Positions 20,572 through 31,235 of a stretch of 64,000 nucleotides of DNA are shown piece by piece. The notes under the pieces are model-generated. The model worked only from the letters and a program-made list of their open reading frames with translations. It did no database searches and had not been told where the DNA came from. Position 1 is the first letter of the stretch. Each line of letters begins with the position of its first letter. Both the position numbers and the translations under genes were made by a program. Source of the DNA: a virus (lineage: Duplodnaviria; Caudoviricetes); IMG/VR virus record IMGVR_UViG_3300042975_000096; one strand, 5' to 3'.

Positions 20572-21021
20572 TTATAAACCCCTAACTCTAAATTCTTTAT
20601 TTCTTATAATTTTCACCAATTCTTTATTAGTACATATATAGTTTAATATGTCTTTCATCATTTTTATCGTTTTTTTCGCTTCTGATTCGCTTTTCGTTCC
20701 ATCATATCTACTTAAATACCGTCTTAAATTGTCAATGCTATTATTTATTTTTTCTTTCGTAATCTTTTTTCGTTCTTCTAAATCATTTTCTATGGAAAAA
20801 AATAATGATACTTCTGAACCAATCGAAATTGTATTTTCTTCATTTGTAAATGGAACATCAATATTAATAAAAGTCCTATTTCCATGCGCAAAAATTTTTA
20901 CATTTATATATGCACATGAATTAATTTTATCCATACTAGTCACATGCATTTGTAAATTGTTTTTAACTTCAAATTCTTTTTCGATTTTAAATTCCCTAGA
21001 AATCATTTTTTTCACCACCAC
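20572..21021 (-). CDS. FxxxG[ILV]-tail family protein, subfamily C
   Basis: Ends KEFRVRGL; paralog of 22061. Confidence 0.85.
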   Translation of the reverse strand: MVVKKMISREFKIEKEFEVKNNLQMHVTSMDKINSCAYINVKIFAHGNRTFINIDVPFTNEENTISIGSEVSLFFSIENDLEERKKITKEKINNSIDNLRRYLSRYDGTKSESEAKKTIKMMKDILNYICTNKELVKIIRNKEFRVRGL

Positions 21022-21162
21022 TATATTTATTCATGATATAATTATATCATTTTTTATTCCTTTTGTCAATGATTTTTAAAAAATAAAAGCTAACAAAACT
21101 TTTAAAAACTAACATAATTTATGTTAATTAATAAAACCTTTGTTAGCTAAATTTCACAACAA

Positions 21163-21594
21163 TTACAATCCGTATTTGGTAAATTTATAATGTAAGTATT
21201 CTTTTATGCTTTCTTCTTTTCCAAATATACTCGCTACTAATGTTAGAATTTCAATCCACGCACGAGTCCTTGGTGATGTTTCTGAATCTTTCGGCGGTTT
21301 CCTTTTCGATAATTCAAAAAAACTCTTTGCCATAAATAGAAGGGGCGGTATTGCTTGACGGTCTGATAAAAACATTTTTTCCCTCTTTAAATAAAACGAT
21401 TCTGGCTCTACTGTTATGGTTATCGAATCTTCTTTTAGAAAACGTTCGTCAATATTAGATTCTGGTTGTAATACACAATCTATTCTGCCTTTATATTTAG
21501 AATCATTTACCATAATCATAAAATGGCTATATGGTTTTATCTTCTTATCACAACACCCACTATAAAAATCTACTATCTTTTCTACCTTTATCAT
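21163..21594 (-). CDS. FxxxG[ILV]-tail family protein, subfamily A
   Basis: Ends IKEYLHYKFTKYGL. Confidence 0.85.
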   Translation of the reverse strand: MIKVEKIVDFYSGCCDKKIKPYSHFMIMVNDSKYKGRIDCVLQPESNIDERFLKEDSITITVEPESFYLKREKMFLSDRQAIPPLLFMAKSFFELSKRKPPKDSETSPRTRAWIEILTLVASIFGKEESIKEYLHYKFTKYGL

Positions 21595-21596
21595 TT

Positions 21597-22058
21597 TTAT
21601 AGCCCCTTTAATTGAAACATCTTTTTTTGGATTACATTAATTATTTTGTTTCCAATTATTTCAGAATATAATTCTTTCACCTCGTTAAGTGCTTCTTCTG
21701 CAATGTATTCTGATGCCGTATGCGAAAATCTAACGGTTGTATTGCTTTCTAATTCTGACATATCATCTTGAGTCACTTGTTTCAATACACCAATGTTATC
21801 GTCATAACCGTTATTTAGTTCCAATATTAATGTCGAATGTTTACTTAATACATTCTTTTTTTTATAACCAACATTTTCAAATTGATTTGTTGTTTGAATC
21901 TTCATAAGTACATGATTATATGTATTGTCTATATTATAGGGGTCAAATTTTAGGTTTATCGTTCCAATTAAATCTTTATATGCTTTTGATTTCAATGTAA
22001 TTGTCATTTCATAATTACTGTTATAATATAAAATGCTCCAATGAAACTTTCTTTCCAT
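21597..22058 (-). CDS. FxxxG[ILV]-tail family protein, subfamily B
   Basis: Ends KMFQLKGL. Confidence 0.85.
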   Translation of the reverse strand: MERKFHWSILYYNSNYEMTITLKSKAYKDLIGTINLKFDPYNIDNTYNHVLMKIQTTNQFENVGYKKKNVLSKHSTLILELNNGYDDNIGVLKQVTQDDMSELESNTTVRFSHTASEYIAEEALNEVKELYSEIIGNKIINVIQKKMFQLKGL

Positions 22059-22060
22059 TG

Positions 22061-22504
22061 TTATAATCCCCTTAATCTAAATTCTTTGTCATTTAATATT
22101 TGCCATATTTTTTTGCTGACGTATATTTCATCTAACATGATTTTTATATTATTCATAACTTTTTTTGATTCTGCTTCTTTTTTCGTTTTTTCAAATCGCA
22201 ACAATGATTCTTTTAATTCTATTGTATTTTTTCTAATTTGTTTGCTCATGATTTCTTTTCGCATTTTTGAATCTTGTTCTTGATTGAAAAATAACCACAG
22301 TTGCGTACTTATTAAGGTTCTGTGACTTTCGCCTAAAAACGTGAAGTAGTTTTGTATGTCAATCGATATTGTTATCGTTTCATCATGAGAAAATTTCATA
22401 TTTATATATCCACATAAATTGTCTTTCGCCATACTATCAATACGTATTCTCGCACGATGTTTCTTTTCAAACTCTACATCGATTTTAATCTTTTCACATT
22501 CCAT
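22061..22504 (-). CDS. FxxxG[ILV]-tail family protein, subfamily C
   Basis: Ends KEFRLRGL; promoter at 22540-22567. Confidence 0.85.
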   Translation of the reverse strand: MECEKIKIDVEFEKKHRARIRIDSMAKDNLCGYINMKFSHDETITISIDIQNYFTFLGESHRTLISTQLWLFFNQEQDSKMRKEIMSKQIRKNTIELKESLLRFEKTKKEAESKKVMNNIKIMLDEIYVSKKIWQILNDKEFRLRGL

Positions 22505-22728
22505 TCGCTACTCACCTCACTTGCTTATTCATAATATAAGTATACTATATTTTATGACATTTGTCAACAAATTTTAAAAAAATATAATAAAAAAACTAAC
22601 ATGATTCTTAACAATGCTAGTTTATGGTTAGTGTGTAGTTTTATATTATATTTTTATGCAAGTCGCGATGAAATATAAAGTGTAAAATTTTCGTTGTTCA
22701 GCAAAAGTAACCGGGTTCCGGTGGGTTT

Positions 22729-23000
22729 GATATTTTACTTATTTTTTAATTATAATTGGATGATATTTTACTTATTTTTTAATTATATTCAGATGTTTTT
22801 TAAACTTGATATTGAAAGGTTTTTTATATGTTTTTTAGATAATTTTTAAACTTGATATTTTACTTATTTTTTAATTATAATTGGATGATATTAAAAGACT
22901 TTTTTAAAAAATTTTATACTGTTTTTTATAATTATATTTGGATTGATATTAGATGTTTTTTAGATAATTTTTATATGTTTTTTAAACTTGATTTTATACT
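22729..23000. repeat. AT-rich non-coding direct-repeat cluster
   Basis: 26-bp GATATTTTACTTATTTTTTAATTATA at 22729, 22762 and 22854; also repeated TGTTTTTTAGATAATTTTT and AAACTTGAT. Confidence 0.8.
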
Positions 23001-23085
23001 ATATGATAATTTTAATTAAGATATAGTTTTCTATGTTCCATTTTTTGTATAATACACATCATTATATGTTCTAATTTTTGTATTC

Positions 23086-23535
23086 TTATATTCCTATATA
23101 GGATTGAATTAAATATTTCAATTCCAATATAAAATCATTTTTATGTTTATAAATAAAATCACTATAATTACAAAGCAACATTCTTTTCATATTCTTATCT
23201 TCTGTATTAAGTCCTAAATAAGATTCTTTTATATCTGCCTGGATATTACTTAATTGTTTATTTATATTCCCCTTAATCTTTTCTATAGGTTTATAACAAT
23301 CCACACATATAATAGCATCATAAGAATATATATGATACTTTTTTTCCCTAGTAATATTATCTCCCAAAAATATAGCAGACATAATAGTATCATTATCAGA
23401 ATTATATATATAGTCAATATGAATAAAGTTATTATTCTCATATACGATTAAATCTTCATTCAGCAAAACAAAAGATTTATTTATGAGTGATTCATGAATA
23501 AACATTTTTTCCAACAGGTATTTTTTATCTTCCAT
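23086..23535 (-). CDS. G[ILV]-tail family protein
   Basis: Ends LIQSYIGI. Confidence 0.8.
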   Translation of the reverse strand: MEDKKYLLEKMFIHESLINKSFVLLNEDLIVYENNNFIHIDYIYNSDNDTIMSAIFLGDNITREKKYHIYSYDAIICVDCYKPIEKIKGNINKQLSNIQADIKESYLGLNTEDKNMKRMLLCNYSDFIYKHKNDFILELKYLIQSYIGI

Positions 23536-23859
23536 TTTTTATTTTTTCCTTTCTAGTCATTTTTCACTTTTAAAAAAATGACAAATATTTTTTTCATCTT
23601 CTACGTTTTCTAAGACAAAAAATCGTTTTTACTTAGAATATTTGCTCCATCAAACTGTAAAAGATTATAATTTACACTCACGGTTCTTACATTTATTACA
23701 GGAACTATATAATTAAGATATAGTTCCTTTTTACAGTCTATGTTCTTTGATGGTTGATAATTAGCGGATAAGTGCAAATATGAATAAAAAAATAAAAAAT
23801 AGGTTATTTTTTACTAAAATAATCATTTTACAATCCTTACGGGCGGTAAATAATTTTTA

Positions 23860-24408
23860 TTATAAAGCATTTAAATTAAACAAATCTTTCTTTACACGTG
23901 CCATATCAAAATACGCAATTTTATCACAAATCATTGCGCATAATGATTTAACTATCCATGCAGGTGGCAATTGTATACTGCTTTTATTTAATAATGACTC
24001 ATTATAATAAAACTCATGATTCATTTGCGTTGTATAATAGTTGAATAACGTATTACTATCCATTGTGTATTTATGAAAGGATTGTTCATCAGCGAATCCG
24101 ACATAAAATATATATTTTTTATTAAGATGATTTCTATAAAAAAAGGAATAAATATGGATTGTATTTCCTTTTTTCTTTTTCGTTTCCCAATAGAATATTG
24201 TTTCTACGTCCGCATGATAACGTTTAAGGCATTTCGGTTCAAAATATTTACCTGTAGCGTGTAACTCTCTATAAAAGGTCATATCAATGTCTTTTTCCGT
24301 ACACATATAACCTTCATAACGAATACAGGATTTATTTGTTATGAATCCCGTATTTAATACAGTCATTTTCAATTGATTTGTTTCTATATGACCCTCTAAA
24401 TTTAACAT
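23860..24408 (-). CDS. FxxxA[IL]-tail variant; paralog of 24429..24995
   Basis: Ends DLFNLNAL; PPAWIVK vs PPIWLVK. Confidence 0.85.
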   Translation of the reverse strand: MLNLEGHIETNQLKMTVLNTGFITNKSCIRYEGYMCTEKDIDMTFYRELHATGKYFEPKCLKRYHADVETIFYWETKKKKGNTIHIYSFFYRNHLNKKYIFYVGFADEQSFHKYTMDSNTLFNYYTTQMNHEFYYNESLLNKSSIQLPPAWIVKSLCAMICDKIAYFDMARVKKDLFNLNAL

Positions 24409-24428
24409 GATGATTATTCCCTCTTTAA

Positions 24429-24995
24429 TTATAATGCATTATGATTAAACAATTCCTTCTTTATATTATCCACATCAAAACGAGATGATTTATCATAAAT
24501 GACTCCACACATTAATTTTACTAGCCATATCGGTGGCACGTCAAATTGTTTTAATGGAGAATTATATATAGATGATTTATTATAATAAGAAGGTTCAATA
24601 TTTACCTCTTTATCGCGCTGATTCATATAATAATTGAATATTGCCTTAGTGCTCACCATATTATCATAGAACACTTGTTTGTTAGGGAAAGAAAAAGAAA
24701 TATGATATGTTTTATTTAGATAATCCCTATGAAAAAGGGCATCTAGGCGAATAGAATTTATATTGTGGTCTTGTTCTGTTGGTTCATAGACAAATTTCAA
24801 GGTCATGTGAGTACGATACTGCTTAAATTGTCTAGGTTCAATATAGTTAATAGATATTTGCAAAATCTTACTGAAAGCCGTATCTAATGAATTTTTCGCA
24901 TTAATTTTCAATTCATTATAAACACGTTCTTTATCGGTAATGAATTTTGTTTCTGTGACCGTTACATTACTAGGATTAAGTTCTATATTTCTCAT
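24429..24995 (-). CDS. FxxxA[IL]-tail variant
   Basis: Ends ELFNHNAL. Confidence 0.85.
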   Translation of the reverse strand: MRNIELNPSNVTVTETKFITDKERVYNELKINAKNSLDTAFSKILQISINYIEPRQFKQYRTHMTLKFVYEPTEQDHNINSIRLDALFHRDYLNKTYHISFSFPNKQVFYDNMVSTKAIFNYYMNQRDKEVNIEPSYYNKSSIYNSPLKQFDVPPIWLVKLMCGVIYDKSSRFDVDNIKKELFNHNAL

Positions 24996-25010
24996 TTATC
25001 TGCTCCATTT

Positions 25011-25412
25011 CTAAATAATACCGATATTTAAAAAAGCATAATGCTTTAATTCTTCTATAGGAAATGTTTGAAATATACGAATCAATTTATGAACAAAATC
25101 GGCATCAAATAACGGATTTGATGCATCGATTAAATGATTTCTAAATTCCTTTTGAAATGCAGAATCACAATCACAATAATTAAGGGAACACCAATGTGTA
25201 ATCCATTTTTCATTATATGGATGGATTAATGCAAAATACGATTGAGAAAACATTTTTTTTCGTGTAACGGGAGATAATTGATGAAATATATTTATATTGT
25301 TTTCAAATAGAACATCTATTCTGTATGGCATATGATTAATTCTAATTTGAAAAGATAAATCTATCACCAATTCGCTAGAATCACTAATCTCACATGAATA
25401 AATTTCAATCAT
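25011..25412 (-). CDS. FxxxG[ILV]-tail family protein
   Basis: Ends YAFLNIGII. Confidence 0.8.
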   Translation of the reverse strand: MIEIYSCEISDSSELVIDLSFQIRINHMPYRIDVLFENNINIFHQLSPVTRKKMFSQSYFALIHPYNEKWITHWCSLNYCDCDSAFQKEFRNHLIDASNPLFDADFVHKLIRIFQTFPIEELKHYAFLNIGII

Positions 25413-25429
25413 GAATTAATTCCCTTCTG

Positions 25430-25855
25430 TCACATCACGATAATGCCTAAATTCATAAAAAAATCATGTTTGAATTTTTTCAATGAGAATTTCATTAATT
25501 CCAATCGAAGTTCTTCTGCAAAAAACTCTGCTTCTTTGCACTCCAAATTTTTTACATACATGCTATGCTTGCAATTTTCCAAAAACATTTTTTTATTTTC
25601 TAGATTTTCTAGTGATAAATACGGAATAATAACAGAAACAACGGGTGCTTCAACATCATTATCATTAACTTTATTTAAGGATATATGTGAAACAAAAAGC
25701 GGATTTTCTAGTATACGATTTTGATTCAATAGAAAAAGGTTATAATTAAAATCCAAACGATAATGATAGTTGTGATTCATAATTGTTATTTTTGAACCTA
25801 TCGCACAAGAAAAAATGCCATTATGATTCATTTTAAATGAAGCAATATGATACAT
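25430..25855 (-). CDS. FxxxG[ILV]-tail family protein (extended)
   Basis: Ends DFFMNLGIIVM. Confidence 0.8.
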   Translation of the reverse strand: MYHIASFKMNHNGIFSCAIGSKITIMNHNYHYRLDFNYNLFLLNQNRILENPLFVSHISLNKVNDNDVEAPVVSVIIPYLSLENLENKKMFLENCKHSMYVKNLECKEAEFFAEELRLELMKFSLKKFKHDFFMNLGIIVM

Positions 25856-26632
25856 TCAAACCCCTTCTCTCGAAAACAATAATCGAATATAATTTTGTTC
25901 CAATGTGGGGATTTTTGTTTTTAAATATTCAATCAAATCTAATTTTACACGATTCAATATACGCATTTTGAAATCCCTTTTTGGCAGATAGGGATTATCT
26001 GAACCAATCGTAAATTGGTTATTTTCTATAGTGGAATGAATGAAATCATTTAAGGCAATAGAAAAATTCATATCTTCAAAAATAGGAAATGCTTGTTGTG
26101 AGGACTTAGATGGAAATCTAAGAAATTTATGTTGATAATCAAAAACAGAAGCATTTATCTCTCTATCATATAAAATGTAAAATAATTTTTTATATCGTTC
26201 ATTTCGACTAAAATGATGATTAGAACTTTTTTCCACAATATTTGCAAATGAGCTAACATCAAATCCATATGAACCATTTGATTGATAAAGAAAAGGGTCT
26301 TTAATTAAGTCCTGCAATTCGTCAAAATCTTCTTCATGATGCAAATTGATGTTCAGTATATCCATGCTTATTCTGCCCTCTGCAAATGCATATTTCTGTA
26401 CGTTTTTGTTTTTACCATCCTTACAATATGCTTTCAAGCTGTTTATAATAGATACAACATCTGAAAAATTTAAATAACTAGGATATTCGTTATATTTCAT
26501 GTTTTCCGCATACGCTATGTTTTCTGAAAACAGACTGTTGTTCTTATATAAGAAACCTTCATTGATTACGGCTAACATGGTATAGCCTTTATCTCGAAAC
26601 AAAAACATTTGTTGTGATATATATGAACTCAT
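25856..26632 (-). CDS. FxxxG[ILV]-tail family protein (long form)
   Basis: Ends LLFSREGV. Confidence 0.85.
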   Translation of the reverse strand: MSSYISQQMFLFRDKGYTMLAVINEGFLYKNNSLFSENIAYAENMKYNEYPSYLNFSDVVSIINSLKAYCKDGKNKNVQKYAFAEGRISMDILNINLHHEEDFDELQDLIKDPFLYQSNGSYGFDVSSFANIVEKSSNHHFSRNERYKKLFYILYDREINASVFDYQHKFLRFPSKSSQQAFPIFEDMNFSIALNDFIHSTIENNQFTIGSDNPYLPKRDFKMRILNRVKLDLIEYLKTKIPTLEQNYIRLLFSREGV

Positions 26633-26647
26633 AACATTAAATTCTCC

Positions 26648-27298
26648 TTAAATTCCATTTGTTTTTCGATATTGTTTCAAAATCACTTGTTGCAGGGATG
26701 GCATTTTCGATTCTAAAAAAGCAGACATCTCTTTGTTGATTTGATTCAATCTATGTATTTTAAAACTATTTTCCATAAGTAATGCATCGTGATTCAATAA
26801 TGTTTCGGAATGGGTTTTACCTGTCAAACAATTATTTAGTGAGCTATTCATTTTTCGGCTTATTTTATACAATATATCCATAAGGTTAGTTGCTCCCTCA
26901 TATAATGAATAGGATTCATTTATTATTGTCCATGATAGTTTTTTTTGATAGGACTTTAATGATTCACAATTAAATGAATTTGTAAAGAAATTTGCAATAG
27001 TATCCCAACGCAAGGACTGATTTTTTGTGCTATTATAATTAATAAAAATTGCATTGTTTGATAATTCCAATACTCGTTTTTCTGTATATGCATTACAGAC
27101 CACATCATAACGATAACAGTCACATCGAATAGCTAATTTATGAGAACGAATAGGTAGTTTTTCATTTGTCCAAAAAGAAGAATAGGTTGTATCTACACGT
27201 GCTATACTATCATAAGTTATAAAAAACACAAACAGATATTTATATCCTAATGATTGATAAGGAACGCATTGTATAATAAGGTGCTCACTCGGTTTCAT
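26648..27298 (-). CDS. G[ILV]-tail family protein; paralog of 27998..28711
   Basis: Ends QYRKTNGI; LGY.Y/F.F...TY.S and YR.D.. shared. Confidence 0.85.
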   Translation of the reverse strand: MKPSEHLIIQCVPYQSLGYKYLFVFFITYDSIARVDTTYSSFWTNEKLPIRSHKLAIRCDCYRYDVVCNAYTEKRVLELSNNAIFINYNSTKNQSLRWDTIANFFTNSFNCESLKSYQKKLSWTIINESYSLYEGATNLMDILYKISRKMNSSLNNCLTGKTHSETLLNHDALLMENSFKIHRLNQINKEMSAFLESKMPSLQQVILKQYRKTNGI

Positions 27299-27301
27299 TT
27301 T

Positions 27302-27739
27302 TTATAATCCTCCCACTAAAAACCAACTATGCATAAGCATTTTTCCTCGATTTTTATTGCAAATGAAAGACATTATCATTTTTATAAAATCGTGTTTATA
27401 TTTATATTCTCTCATTCGTTTATCAAAAACGAAACAGTTATATTTTTCTTTATTTTTAAATTTACATTTTTCTGTCTTAAAATCAATTAGTTTATTTTCC
27501 CAAATAACAGGCATATGGAGTGTATGCATACACAAAGATTGCTTCCGATTCTGACGTTTTTTTAAGGAATATAAAGATACTGTACCGGAAGCAAGAGACA
27601 TGTTTGAAAATATATTATATACTAATATATATCTATCATTCAATTCTTCTAATGCATTAATAATAACCTTGTAGTGTATGGATATATATTCACCATGTAT
27701 TAATTTAATGTTAGGCATGTTATTTTTTTCAATAAACAC
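27302..27739 (-). CDS. FxxxG[ILV]-tail family protein; paralog of 28716..29165
   Basis: Ends SWFLVGGL; FDKR.RE/KE.KYK..FI shared. Confidence 0.85.
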   Translation of the reverse strand: MFIEKNNMPNIKLIHGEYISIHYKVIINALEELNDRYILVYNIFSNMSLASGTVSLYSLKKRQNRKQSLCMHTLHMPVIWENKLIDFKTEKCKFKNKEKYNCFVFDKRMREYKYKHDFIKMIMSFICNKNRGKMLMHSWFLVGGL

Positions 27740-27997
27740 AATTACAATCCTTCTTCTGTAAATAATATATGATGAAAAAAAGATGCATTATAGACTGAAC
27801 TCAAAAATATATAGATACCGTCTAATACTAAATGCAAAGATTCCAACCGCTTATTAACTATATAATAGCACATTTTTTAAAAATTGTCAACAAATAAAAA
27901 ACAAACCTGTGTTCTGAGCGAATGGAGGTTTGTTTTTTTATTATTCATTTTTTCAAGTTCGTTATCTAACACTTTTTCAAATGCTGAATTATCATAA

Positions 27998-28711
27998 TTA
28001 AATTCCATTTGTATTTCGATATCGTTTTTTGAATAAATCAACTATCACAGGTATTTGATTCAATACGAATTGATTTACGGTATCTTGAATTTTAATGAAC
28101 GCTTTATCTCTAGCACAAAGTTCAAAACTCAAAATATTATTATAATTGATAGGGTTAATTAAAGTATATGGTCTACATTTAATTTCATCTTCTATGTGTT
28201 TTTGAAATTCATTTACATCAATTAATCCATGTTCCAATCGACTTTCCAACATATCAAAAAAACAATATTTTAGGTGTTCTTTTGTAACAGAAGAAACACT
28301 ATTTTTTCCATTAAAAACATCCTTAAAATTTAATAGGAAATCACGTATTATATTTAGTCGTTCCATATCAGATTTTGTTCCTAGAGTAAATGACTCTATG
28401 TGTTCAAATCCATTATAATCTCCAAACATAGGTTCTTTTATTAAATTTAATAAACGTTTCTTTAATGTAACGTTTTTAATTATATCCACGCGATAAATAA
28501 TACATGACGTTTGAACCAAATGGGAATAATCATAAAAACCATCATGATGGTTTTTAAGAAGTCGAAGTTTATTGAAATAAGTCGGAAAACTACTATAACT
28601 AAGACAGCTATTATATGTCAATCGAAACATAACGACAAATTCATATCCTAATACTTTTAAATAATCGCATAAAAAAATCACATGTGCATTTGGTTGATAA
28701 AAACTTTTCAT
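27998..28711 (-). CDS. G[ILV]-tail family protein
   Basis: Ends RYRNTNGI. Confidence 0.85.
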   Translation of the reverse strand: MKSFYQPNAHVIFLCDYLKVLGYEFVVMFRLTYNSCLSYSSFPTYFNKLRLLKNHHDGFYDYSHLVQTSCIIYRVDIIKNVTLKKRLLNLIKEPMFGDYNGFEHIESFTLGTKSDMERLNIIRDFLLNFKDVFNGKNSVSSVTKEHLKYCFFDMLESRLEHGLIDVNEFQKHIEDEIKCRPYTLINPINYNNILSFELCARDKAFIKIQDTVNQFVLNQIPVIVDLFKKRYRNTNGI

Positions 28712-28715
28712 TGTT

Positions 28716-29165
28716 TTATAATCCTCGATTCAAAAAGAATAATCGTGCTACTTGTTTTCGTCGTTCCTCATTATTTATAAAATTATCAATTATATCAATA
28801 AATTCGTTTTTATATTTAAATTCTTTTCTCCGTTTATCGAATTTTAATTTGTTATACTCTATTGCTAATTGAAATGATTGCATTTCTTGACTGTTATCCA
28901 TCATTCTATTTCTCCAAAATGCGTGCATATATAATGGACATAGTAACACCTGTTGTTTACTTGTATAGTCATAAATTAAAATTTCAGCAGGAATAATAAC
29001 GCTATTTTCAATACAGTCCACATATTTATTTCTGTTTTTTATATAGATGATTACTGCATATGTTCGGTTCAATTTTTCTGAAGAAAAATATCCAGCACAT
29101 TTAACGTTAAAATAAAAACCGTCTAAAATGCTATAAGGAACGATTCTCATACCTTCAATAACCAT
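28716..29165 (-). CDS. FxxxG[ILV]-tail family protein
   Basis: Ends LFFLNRGL. Confidence 0.85.
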   Translation of the reverse strand: MVIEGMRIVPYSILDGFYFNVKCAGYFSSEKLNRTYAVIIYIKNRNKYVDCIENSVIIPAEILIYDYTSKQQVLLCPLYMHAFWRNRMMDNSQEMQSFQLAIEYNKLKFDKRRKEFKYKNEFIDIIDNFINNEERRKQVARLFFLNRGL

Positions 29166-29168
29166 TTA

Positions 29169-29627
29169 TCATGCTCCTATTTGTTTGAATAACGCAGACC
29201 TGAAATCTTCTAAATCATCCCTATAAAAAAATGCTTTATCTTTTCTCATTAGTTTAATCGCGTTATAAAAATCATTAACAGATATGTTGAAATCTATATG
29301 TGAATATAAATTATGTTTGCCAAAGAAGCAATTGATAACTGTTTCACCGATATATTTTACATCTTCAATTTCAAACAATTTAACATCGTAACCGCCTTGT
29401 ATTTTCTTATCGGATATATACTGATTTTGTACATCATCGTCTATGAATTTTTCAATATTTCCATCATCAAACGCTGAATCTACATATTTAAAAACAAATG
29501 TTTTAATCACTAAATCGTCATTCTTTAATTTGTTTAATATGGCTATCGTGATAATATATATCCACTTTTCATTTTTTACGTTTACTGTTCCATAATAATC
29601 AGCTAATTTATCCTTCATAACCTTCAC
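29169..29627 (-). CDS. FxxxG-tail family protein; paralog of 29624..30091
   Basis: Ends ALFKQIGA; FDDG..EKF and GET.I.CF shared. Confidence 0.85.
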   Translation of the reverse strand: MKVMKDKLADYYGTVNVKNEKWIYIITIAILNKLKNDDLVIKTFVFKYVDSAFDDGNIEKFIDDDVQNQYISDKKIQGGYDVKLFEIEDVKYIGETVINCFFGKHNLYSHIDFNISVNDFYNAIKLMRKDKAFFYRDDLEDFRSALFKQIGA

Positions 29628-30091
29628 ACCCCACTTCTTTTGAATTGTGCAGTTTTAAGTTTTTCTAAATCATTTCTATAAAGGAATTCCTTATGTTTTC
29701 GCAATTCCTTAATCACTTGACAAAGACTTGCATTGGAAAGATGAAAATTACTTGTGCGGTCAATAAGTTCATCATTTTCATCTAAAAAACAACTTATAGC
29801 TGTTTCTCCCACATTACGTATTTCTTCTGCTCTAAATATTTGTGAAGTGAATCCACCCAAAATTTTTTCATGTGCTATATTCCAACGACGAACATTATAA
29901 TCTGTGAATTTTTCAACATCGCCATCATCGAATGAAAATTCAATGTATCTAAATATAAGTGATTCAACGTTCAACAAATAATTTAATTTAGGATTGTTTA
30001 ATGCATTAACATTAATGACATACATCCATTTATCATGAAACATATCGATTGTTCCACAAAATGAAGCCAATTTATTATTCATGATAATCAC
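29624..30091 (-). CDS. FxxxG[ILV]-tail family protein
   Basis: Ends AQFKRSGV. Confidence 0.85.
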   Translation of the reverse strand: MIIMNNKLASFCGTIDMFHDKWMYVINVNALNNPKLNYLLNVESLIFRYIEFSFDDGDVEKFTDYNVRRWNIAHEKILGGFTSQIFRAEEIRNVGETAISCFLDENDELIDRTSNFHLSNASLCQVIKELRKHKEFLYRNDLEKLKTAQFKRSGV

Positions 30092-30621
30092 ACTCCATTC
30101 GTCATAAATGTAATATGACGAATTTTTTCATCATCATATACACGATTCAAAAAATTATCAACTCCGACCATTGCTAAATCCAAAGACTTTAATCGATTAT
30201 CAATAGCTTCTTTTGATGTTTTGTAAACATTTCTTTTACAAGCGGATTGTTTTGTGCGTTTGATACTACTACGAATCAATGATTTTTTGTTTCTTATCTT
30301 TTTCATTAAATCATAAGTATTACCTAAAAATGATAATTGATTCTCACTGTAATATGAAACATATCCTTTTTCAAATCCACCATGAGTAAAATTATAAGAT
30401 AAAAAAACGCTAGTTTTATTATAATCAATATATGCCTGTATGTGTCCATTATATAAAAAACCATCAAAATTAAATGAAAAGCTGAAATCAAAATAATCAA
30501 TACATTTCATTTCAATTAGTTTATCTATTCCGGTATGGTTATAGCACACACTACCTTCCTTCATTTTGTATGTTCTTTGTGTGTTTTCATGCATATTAGT
30601 GTTTCTCTCTATTCTTATCAT
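30088..30621 (-). CDS. FxxxG[ILV]-tail family protein
   Basis: Ends ITFMTNGV. Confidence 0.85.
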   Translation of the reverse strand: MIRIERNTNMHENTQRTYKMKEGSVCYNHTGIDKLIEMKCIDYFDFSFSFNFDGFLYNGHIQAYIDYNKTSVFLSYNFTHGGFEKGYVSYYSENQLSFLGNTYDLMKKIRNKKSLIRSSIKRTKQSACKRNVYKTSKEAIDNRLKSLDLAMVGVDNFLNRVYDDEKIRHITFMTNGV

Positions 30622-30730
30622 TTTAACTCCCTCTCTTTTTCAAAATCTTAATTATATAATAGCACATTTTTAAAAAATTGTCAATAAATATATAAAAAAT
30701 GGAATGTCTATTGCTAAACATTCCATTTTT

Positions 30731-30916
30731 TTATTTTCTTTTTTTTAATTCCGCATCCAATACTTTTTCAAATTCAGAATCTTCATAATTAAACATATCA
30801 CCATTATAATTATATTTAAAATTACTGATAAGCTGAAAAAATCTAGTATCAGGATAATCTTCCCATAAGATTTTAATTTTTTCTAAAATACGCTCAATAC
30901 GTTTTTCATCACGCAT
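30731..30916 (-). CDS. small DUF1040/YihD-like phage protein
   Basis: MRD.KRI..IL.KI..LW..YPD.RF.QL pattern. Confidence 0.65.
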   Translation of the reverse strand: MRDEKRIERILEKIKILWEDYPDTRFFQLISNFKYNYNGDMFNYEDSEFEKVLDAELKKRK

Positions 30917-30918
30917 GA

Positions 30919-31218
30919 TTAAATTCCCTCCAATTTCTTATATTCAACATGCATATTATGAAGGTGTTTCTCAATAATTTTAATTAATGTTAGTTGTATC
31001 TCTGGTTCGGATATTACATGTTTAATATCGTCAAAAACTTTTTTTGTTTCCACTTCATCATAAATGGAAAACGTATATTCTTTAGAAGCCGAATTCAACA
31101 TTTCTTCTAATAAAATATTTACTTCTCCACTTCGCAATAATCTGAAAAACAATGCATACGTAAAATTTTGTTCCATTTTCATATAAACTACTTTATTTTT
31201 TTTGTTAACTGCATCCAT
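30919..31218 (-). CDS. G[ILV]-tail family protein
   Basis: Ends EYKKLEGI. Confidence 0.8.
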   Translation of the reverse strand: MDAVNKKNKVVYMKMEQNFTYALFFRLLRSGEVNILLEEMLNSASKEYTFSIYDEVETKKVFDDIKHVISEPEIQLTLIKIIEKHLHNMHVEYKKLEGI

Positions 31219-31235
31219 AATAACATCCTTTCTAA

